Assembly (NCBI GenBank): GCA_043810925.1
Contig: JBDRNT010000089.1
Span: forward strand, 37,191-101,190
Direction: 5' to 3'
From: Candidatus Eiseniibacteriota bacterium
GTDB lineage: Bacteria; Arandabacterota; Arandabacteria; Arandabacterales; Arandabacteraceae
Length of the DNA: 64,000 nt
Of this stretch, positions 58,224 through 64,000 are shown piece after piece; the stretch's first letter is position 1; every line of letters starts with the position of its first letter. Below the pieces are notes generated by a model. It was not told where the DNA came from, searched no databases, and saw only the letters and a program-made list of their open reading frames with translations. The translations under genes were made by a program, and so were the position numbers.

Positions 58224-58823
58224 ATGGACGTTACTTTGGACAAAGTCAAGATTCTTAGAGATAAGACCAGCGCGGGTATTCTGGAATGCAAGAAAGCGCT
58301 TGCCGAGTCCGGTGGGGACATCGACGGCGCGGTTGAGTACCTGAGGAAGAAGGGTGTTGCGAAGGCTTCCAAGCTGACCTCGCGGAAAGCGGGGGAGGGT
58401 GTTGTGCATGCGTACATACATCCCGGCGGCCGGATCGGTGTGCTCCTGGAAGTCAACTCTGAAACGGATTTCGTTGCGAGAACCGATGAATTCAAAGCAC
58501 TTGTGAACGACATCGGGCTTCAGATTGCAGCCACAAGTCCTCTCGCGCTAACACGAGAAGACCTGGATGCCGATCTTGTGGATAAGGAGAAGGAGATCTA
58601 CAAGAGCCAGGCGAAAGAAGAAGGCAAGCCGGAAAAGGTCATCGACAGAATCATTGAGGGCAAACTTGAGAAGTTCTACGAGGAAGCATGTCTTCTCGAA
58701 CAGCCCTATGTCAAAGACCCCGATACCAAGGTCGGCGACCTCATCAAGGAGATGTCCGGCAAGGTCGGTGAGAACATAATCATCCGCAGATTCACACGGT
58801 TCCAGCTTGGGGAAATGTCCTAG
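58224..58823 (+). CDS. tsf: Elongation factor Ts (short form)
   Basis: ECKKAL, NSETDFVAR, LLEQP, RRFTRFQLGE. Confidence 0.96.
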   Translation: MDVTLDKVKILRDKTSAGILECKKALAESGGDIDGAVEYLRKKGVAKASKLTSRKAGEGVVHAYIHPGGRIGVLLEVNSETDFVARTDEFKALVNDIGLQIAATSPLALTREDLDADLVDKEKEIYKSQAKEEGKPEKVIDRIIEGKLEKFYEEACLLEQPYVKDPDTKVGDLIKEMSGKVGENIIIRRFTRFQLGEMS

Positions 58824-58840
58824 CCCAATCGAGGGAGATA

Positions 58841-59569
58841 GTGAGCAATCGCCATTACAGGCGAGTCGTCCTGAAGCTGAGCGGTGAGGTTCTGGGAGGA
58901 TCCTCCGAAACGGCCCTCGAGGCCGGCCTGATAAAGGGTCTGCTCGGCCAGATCAAGGAAGTGGTCGAGCAGGGCACGGAGATCGGGATAGTCGTCGGGG
59001 GCGGCAACGTGCTGAGGGGCGGCCAGGCCGCCCGGCACGGTTTGGGCCGGATATCCGCCGACCATATCGGCATGCTGGGTACCGTCATCAACGGCGTGGC
59101 ACTGCGCGATATCGGTGCAGGTGAGAATCTCGACATAAGGGTGATGAGCCCGTTTCCCTGCGCCAACTTCGTCGAACCCTACACAAGAGAGAGAGCCCGG
59201 GAACATCTCGCCAAGGGCAGGGTCGCGGTATTTGTGGGAGGAACCGGCAATCCCCTGCTGACAACGGATACGGCCGCGGCCGTTCGGGCGGCCGAGATAG
59301 ATGCCGAAGCCCTGCTCAAGGGAACCAAGGTCGATGGTGTGTACACCGCCGACCCCGTCAAAGACCCAAAAGCGGAGAAGTTCGAGAGAATCACTTTCAG
59401 AGACGCAATGAAGAGGGAACTCGGCTTCATGGACAGCTCGGCACTGTGGATCTGCAGCCAGACGAACATCCCTGTGATAGTATTCAATATCCTTGAAAAA
59501 GACGGCCTGAAAAAAGCAGCACGTGGTGAGAAGATCGGAACCGTTGTTGAGGAGGGACCACATGATTGA
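58841..59569 (+). CDS. pyrH: UMP kinase
   Basis: LKLSGE, VGGGN, GTGNP..TTDTAA, VDGVYTADP. Confidence 0.96.
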   Translation: MSNRHYRRVVLKLSGEVLGGSSETALEAGLIKGLLGQIKEVVEQGTEIGIVVGGGNVLRGGQAARHGLGRISADHIGMLGTVINGVALRDIGAGENLDIRVMSPFPCANFVEPYTRERAREHLAKGRVAVFVGGTGNPLLTTDTAAAVRAAEIDAEALLKGTKVDGVYTADPVKDPKAEKFERITFRDAMKRELGFMDSSALWICSQTNIPVIVFNILEKDGLKKAARGEKIGTVVEEGPHD

Positions 59570-60119
59570 CAAGATCCTCAAGGATGCCGAAGAGCGTATG
59601 GGAAAATCCCTCGTCGCATTCAGACGGGAACTCGGAGGAATAAGGACAGGCAGAGCTACTACAGCGTTGCTTGACGGGATCAAGGTCGATTGCTACGGGC
59701 AGGTGATGCCCCTTAACCAGGTCGCAAGCATCAGTGTACCTGAAGCCAGACTTCTCCTTGTTCAGCCATGGGACAGGACGATTGTCTCCGCCGTCGAGAA
59801 AGCGATTCACAAGTCCAGCCTCGGACTGGTCCCCAACACGGACGGCAATGTTATCAGACTCCCGATCCCATCGCTGACTGAAGAGAGACGCCACGACCTG
59901 GTGAAGGTCGTGCGTAAGCATGCGGAAGAGGCCAGGGTGTCCATTCGGAACATCAGACGTGATGCCAATGAACATCTCAAGGTAGGCCAGAAGGACGGCG
60001 CCATCTCTGAGGATGATTCCCGTAAGGCAGTGGACAAAGTCCAGGAACTCACGGACAAGTACATTGAAGACATCGATAAGTCGCTGAAGACCAAAGAAGA
60101 AGAGATAATGGAAGTCTAA
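59562..60119 (+). CDS. frr: Ribosome recycling factor
   Basis: IRTGRA, QPWD, LTEERR, IRNIRRDAN. Confidence 0.96.
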   Translation: MIDKILKDAEERMGKSLVAFRRELGGIRTGRATTALLDGIKVDCYGQVMPLNQVASISVPEARLLLVQPWDRTIVSAVEKAIHKSSLGLVPNTDGNVIRLPIPSLTEERRHDLVKVVRKHAEEARVSIRNIRRDANEHLKVGQKDGAISEDDSRKAVDKVQELTDKYIEDIDKSLKTKEEEIMEV

Positions 60120-60161
60120 GGCGTCGCAAGTTGAAGGACACCGCCATCCTTAGGAGAGGTT

Positions 60162-60938
60162 CTGATCAGCAAGTCGGAAGAGCTCCAGACTATTGAGAAG
60201 AAGATCCTTGCCAGGGGCAATCTGCCCGACCATGTTGCCGTAATCATGGACGGTAACGGCAGGTGGGCGAGGCGGCGGAAGCTCCCGCGGGTGGCAGGCC
60301 ACCGGGCGGGGATCAAGGCGGTAAGAGAGGCGGTGAGGGGTTGCGGCAAACTGGGAATCTCCTACCTGACACTCTACACGTTCTCGGTCGAAAACTGGAA
60401 CCGCCCTGCCAGAGAGGTCAACGCGCTGATGACGTTCCTCAGGCAGACACTGCGCAGTGAGGCCGAAGAACTCGACCGGAACAATGTGAAGCTCCGGGTG
60501 ATAGGCAGAATCGAGGATCTCCCTGAGTCCGTCAGGGCCGAGCTCTCACGTGCGGTGAAATTCCTGGACAAGAACACCGGTCTCACGCTTGTGCTCGCAC
60601 TGTCGTATGCGGGGAGGGTGGAGATTCTCGATGCCGTACGTGACATCGCCAGGGAGGTGGAAGGGGGCAGGCTCCGGCATGACGGCATTGATGGGAATCT
60701 CTTCAAGTCGTTTCTATATACAGCGGCCATGCCGGATCCGGATCTTCTCATACGAACCAGCGGGGAGATGAGGATAAGCAATTTCCTTCTCTGGCAGATC
60801 GCCTATTCGGAGTTGTGGATCACGGATACACTGTGGCCCGATTTCAGAAAGAAGCATCTCTACGCTGCAGTGATGGACTACCAGGAAAGGGAACGACGGT
60901 TTGGAAGAGTCTCCGCGCGGAGGAAGCCAAAGCCTTAA
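60162..60938 (+). CDS. uppS: Undecaprenyl diphosphate synthase (probable non-canonical start)
   Basis: LPDHVAVIMDGNGRWA extends upstream of the first ATG (60246); FSVENW, IRTSGEMRISNFLLWQ. Confidence 0.93.
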   Translation: MISKSEELQTIEKKILARGNLPDHVAVIMDGNGRWARRRKLPRVAGHRAGIKAVREAVRGCGKLGISYLTLYTFSVENWNRPAREVNALMTFLRQTLRSEAEELDRNNVKLRVIGRIEDLPESVRAELSRAVKFLDKNTGLTLVLALSYAGRVEILDAVRDIAREVEGGRLRHDGIDGNLFKSFLYTAAMPDPDLLIRTSGEMRISNFLLWQIAYSELWITDTLWPDFRKKHLYAAVMDYQERERRFGRVSARRKPKP

Positions 60939-61776
60939 ACGGCCCCGCAGGGCCAGGACCCTTGCCATAAGGGTACTGGCGGGTGCCGTGCTGATCCCGG
61001 TTGCACTTCTCGTAAACCACACGGGCGGTCTTCTCTTCGCAGTCTTTGTCTCTCTCCTGGCGGGTTGCGGGAGCTACGAGTTCTACCGCATGCTCGCACG
61101 GAAAGGGTTGGGACCGTCGATGGTGGCCGGGGTCGTGGGGAGTGTCTGCGTATGCTTCTCCTTCTACCTGGGTGCCCGTGAAGCTGCCGGCATCGTCCTT
61201 ACGGTCGTCCTGGGTGTCGTCCTTGTTGAGAGGCTGATCAGACATGACCGTGAGAACTTCGTTACCGGAGCCGGAATAACGATGATCGGGGTCCTCTACA
61301 CCGGATGGCTGCTGGGGTATTTCATACTCATAAGAAATTCCGCGTCGGTGGCCGTTCCCGGGAGGCAACTTGTCTATCTGGTCCTGGCTCTGACATGGAG
61401 CTATGATTCGATAGCATACTTCGCGGGTTCATCCGTGGGCCGGCACAAACTCTTCAGCCGGGTGAGTCCGTCTAAGACCGCCGAGGGAACGATAGCCGGT
61501 CTGGTCGCCTGTGTCGCTGCCGCCCTGATATCGAGAGCGACCTTCGCCCCGTTTTTGAGCGTCGGCCACGCGTTGCTTCTTGGTGTACTGGTCGGTGTGG
61601 CCGCACAGGCGGGTGATCTTGTCGAATCCATGATCAAGCGGAGCACGGGCACGAAAGACTCGTCACAAGTGATTCCGGGTCACGGTGGGATACTCGACAG
61701 ATTCGACAGCCTTTTATTTACCGGACCCGCGATGTACTTTTGTATTAGATTGATGATTACATGGAACAGCCTATGA
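60901..61776 (+). CDS. cdsA: Phosphatidate cytidylyltransferase
   Basis: SPSKTAEG, GDLVESMIKR...KDS..IPGHGGILDRFDS; start uncertain. Confidence 0.93.
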   Translation: MEESPRGGSQSLKRPRRARTLAIRVLAGAVLIPVALLVNHTGGLLFAVFVSLLAGCGSYEFYRMLARKGLGPSMVAGVVGSVCVCFSFYLGAREAAGIVLTVVLGVVLVERLIRHDRENFVTGAGITMIGVLYTGWLLGYFILIRNSASVAVPGRQLVYLVLALTWSYDSIAYFAGSSVGRHKLFSRVSPSKTAEGTIAGLVACVAAALISRATFAPFLSVGHALLLGVLVGVAAQAGDLVESMIKRSTGTKDSSQVIPGHGGILDRFDSLLFTGPAMYFCIRLMITWNSL

Positions 61777-62939
61777 AACGGATAGTGCTACTCGGCTCGA
61801 CGGGCTCCATCGGCAGGAGTACACTCGAGGTTGTGCGTTCACTGGGGGCCAGAGTCGAAATTGTGGGTCTGTCCGCAAACACGAGGATCGGCGATCTCGT
61901 CCGGCAGGTTGAGGCGCACAGACCGCTAGCGGTAGCCGTGGGGGACCCCTCGATGGCCGATGATGTCAGGTCGGCGGCCGGTGGCCGCCGGGTGGAGGTG
62001 TTTTCCGGTCCGGAGGGGCTCCTCGAACTCGCCGGGCTGGCCGAGGCCGATCTCGTCGTCAATGCTCTTGTGGGTGCTGCCGGCATACTGCCGACACTTG
62101 CTGCAATCGAGGCCGGCAAGGACGTCGCGATAGCCAACAAGGAGAGTCTTGTTGCCGCGGGGGCCGTGATTGTCGGCCGGGCCCGGGCCAGTGGTGTAAA
62201 TCTCATCCCGGTGGACAGCGAGCACAGTGCGATATACCAGTGCATCAAAGGCGAAAGCCGGGATGCGATAAAGAGGATCATCCTTACGGCGTCGGGTGGG
62301 GCTCTTGCGGACATGCCGGCGGATGAGATAGAGAACGTCCAGGCTTCGCAGGCCCTCAGGCATCCAACGTGGAGCATGGGAAGAAAGGTGACAATCGACT
62401 CGGCGACCCTGCTTAACAAGGGGTTTGAAGTAATAGAAGCCCACTGGCTCTTCGGGATCGAGGCCGGTCATATCGAGGTCGCCATTGAGAGGCGGTCGAT
62501 AGTCCACTCGCTGGTTGAGTTCGTCGACGGTTCGGTGATGGCACTTCTTTCACCGCCGGATATGCGACTGCCCATTCAGTATGCACTGACGTTTCCCGAT
62601 CGGGTCGAGAGTCGACTGCCCGGTCTGGACCTGGTGTCGGCCGGTGGGATAGAATTCGGGAAGCCGGATCTTGACAGGTTTCCCTGTCTCGGACTTGCAT
62701 ACGAGGTTGCCGCAATGGGCGGGACGGCAGGGGCGGTCTTGAGTGCTGCCGATGAGGTGGCCGTTGACGCTTATCTCGAAGGACGTATCTCGTTCGGGGA
62801 AATCCATTCCGTCTTAAGAGACGTGCTTTCGATACACGAGGTCAAGGATGCAGACAACCTCGATTCAGTACTTGCAGCAGATGCCTGGGCCAGAGAACAG
62901 ACCGCCGGTATCGTAGAAGAGATCTCCGGGAGGGTGTGA
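61773..62939 (+). CDS. dxr: 1-deoxy-D-xylulose 5-phosphate reductoisomerase
   Basis: LGSTGSIG, ANKESLV, PVDSEH, HPTWSMG, NKGFEVIEA. Confidence 0.96.
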   Translation: MKRIVLLGSTGSIGRSTLEVVRSLGARVEIVGLSANTRIGDLVRQVEAHRPLAVAVGDPSMADDVRSAAGGRRVEVFSGPEGLLELAGLAEADLVVNALVGAAGILPTLAAIEAGKDVAIANKESLVAAGAVIVGRARASGVNLIPVDSEHSAIYQCIKGESRDAIKRIILTASGGALADMPADEIENVQASQALRHPTWSMGRKVTIDSATLLNKGFEVIEAHWLFGIEAGHIEVAIERRSIVHSLVEFVDGSVMALLSPPDMRLPIQYALTFPDRVESRLPGLDLVSAGGIEFGKPDLDRFPCLGLAYEVAAMGGTAGAVLSAADEVAVDAYLEGRISFGEIHSVLRDVLSIHEVKDADNLDSVLAADAWAREQTAGIVEEISGRV

Positions 62940-62940
62940 C

Positions 62941-64000
62941 GTGGTAATGACTATGGTTGATTTCGTTGTTGGGTTGGGTATAACACTGAGCATACTGATC
63001 TTCGTGCACGAGATGGGACACTTCTGGGCTGCGAAGCGCTCAGGTGTGAGAGTGGAGAGATTCTCGATAGGTTTCGGACCGAAGTTGATTGGATTCACCA
63101 GAGGCGAAACCGAGTATCGCTTGAGTGCGATTCCATTCGGCGGGTACGTCAGGATGTCGGGGGAGGACCCGGAGGCCGATCACACGGGTGATGACAGGGA
63201 GTTTCTCTCCAAGAGCAGGGGTGTCCGGGCCTTCATAGTGATTGCGGGACCTGCGATGAACTTCCTGCTCGCTGTGGTACTCCTCGTGGGACTGGTCGCT
63301 GTTCTCGGGGTTGAGACCGTAACGACGCGCGTTGTCGGAACCGTGGTAGAGGATACACCTGCCTGGGCGGCAGGGCTCAAGGAACACGACGAGATCCTGT
63401 CGGTCGGGGGTGAAACCGTCCAGACCTGGAATGCGGTTCTGGAATCCCTTGATGCGAACCTGGGCTCCAGACTTGACATGACCTTCCTGAGGGATGGTAG
63501 GACGGAGAGCACGACAATCGACCTCGTCTCGACTGACAGTCTGGCTAAAGTCGGGATGTATGTTTTCAGGGATGCCACAATCGGTCAGGTGGCCTGGAGA
63601 GGACCCGCCTATGCCGCGGGCTTAAGACCGGGTGATCGAGTCACGAACATTGACGGTGTCGCCATCACGAGCTGGGAAGATCTCAGGGAGCAAGTTCTCC
63701 CCTCGCCGGGTAAGCAACTTGATATCGTCTGGGTGAGGGACGGAAAGGAGCTCACCTCGGTCATCGTGCCCAAGGAGGAAAGCGGCTACGGACTCATAGA
63801 AGCTGCTCAGAAGATTGAAAGAACGCGTGTGGGCATTGCCGAGTCTTTCAGGATAGGTGCGGGGACTGCCGTCTGGGCGGCCCGGCAGATCGGCAAACTG
63901 AAGGAATTCGTCGCGAACTTGTTCAAGGGGAAGGCTTCAACCGATACGATAGGGGGACCTATCAGGATAGGCGAGATCGCCGGCGATACGCTCAGGTGGG
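62941..64000 (+). CDS. rseP: RIP metalloprotease RseP (runs off the window)
   Basis: Manual translation: FVHEMGH, FSIGFGP, PFGGYV, AGPAMN, PDZ-like repeats, IGGPIRIG. Confidence 0.93.
   Translation, partial: MVMTMVDFVVGLGITLSILIFVHEMGHFWAAKRSGVRVERFSIGFGPKLIGFTRGETEYRLSAIPFGGYVRMSGEDPEADHTGDDREFLSKSRGVRAFIVIAGPAMNFLLAVVLLVGLVAVLGVETVTTRVVGTVVEDTPAWAAGLKEHDEILSVGGETVQTWNAVLESLDANLGSRLDMTFLRDGRTESTTIDLVSTDSLAKVGMYVFRDATIGQVAWRGPAYAAGLRPGDRVTNIDGVAITSWEDLREQVLPSPGKQLDIVWVRDGKELTSVIVPKEESGYGLIEAAQKIERTRVGIAESFRIGAGTAVWAARQIGKLKEFVANLFKGKASTDTIGGPIRIGEIAGDTLRW

Noticed and set aside
58224-58823. EF-Ts apparently truncated (~200 aa)
   Set aside because: Short EF-Ts is a known natural form in several phyla

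Overview
GC-rich bacterial chromosomal window from a diderm organism (TonB-dependent receptor and TonB domains present); the lineage cannot be fixed from sequence alone. It is mostly housekeeping: galE, glmS, lepB, CIRCE-hrcA-grpE-dnaK-dnaJ-rsmE, rpsU-yqeY-mutS2-dnaG-rpoD, Nif3-like/Zn-ribbon/RNase H/rnpB, relA/spoT, dtd, maf, mtnA, rplM-rpsI-rpsB-tsf-pyrH-frr-uppS-cdsA-dxr-rseP, plus five tRNAs. The ORF track misses or mis-starts several things: a radical SAM/SPASM gene running off the left edge, a selenocysteine-containing selD (in-frame TGA plus SECIS-like hairpin) next to tRNA-Sec, a probable non-canonical uppS start, and a 1-bp frameshifted alpha/beta hydrolase. Most notable: (1) a stand-alone cyanophycin-synthetase N-domain homolog with an intact C-x19-H-x2-E-H motif, coupled to an unknown partner and with no synthetase in the window; (2) a GGGGTCAGAGCTC REP-like repeat family, one copy of which supplies -35 boxes to two divergent promoters; (3) recurrent sigma28-like promoter motifs with a fixed 16-nt spacer in front of non-flagellar genes; (4) a ~560-nt RNase P RNA with a ~195-nt P12; (5) a solitary integron-type cassette bordered by an IS21-like end and followed by an orphan PD-(D/E)XK-like gene; (6) GntR-GAF-PP2C and BlaR1-2xTonB fusions and a histone-H1-like tail on malic enzyme. 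All family calls are by motif recognition, without database searches.
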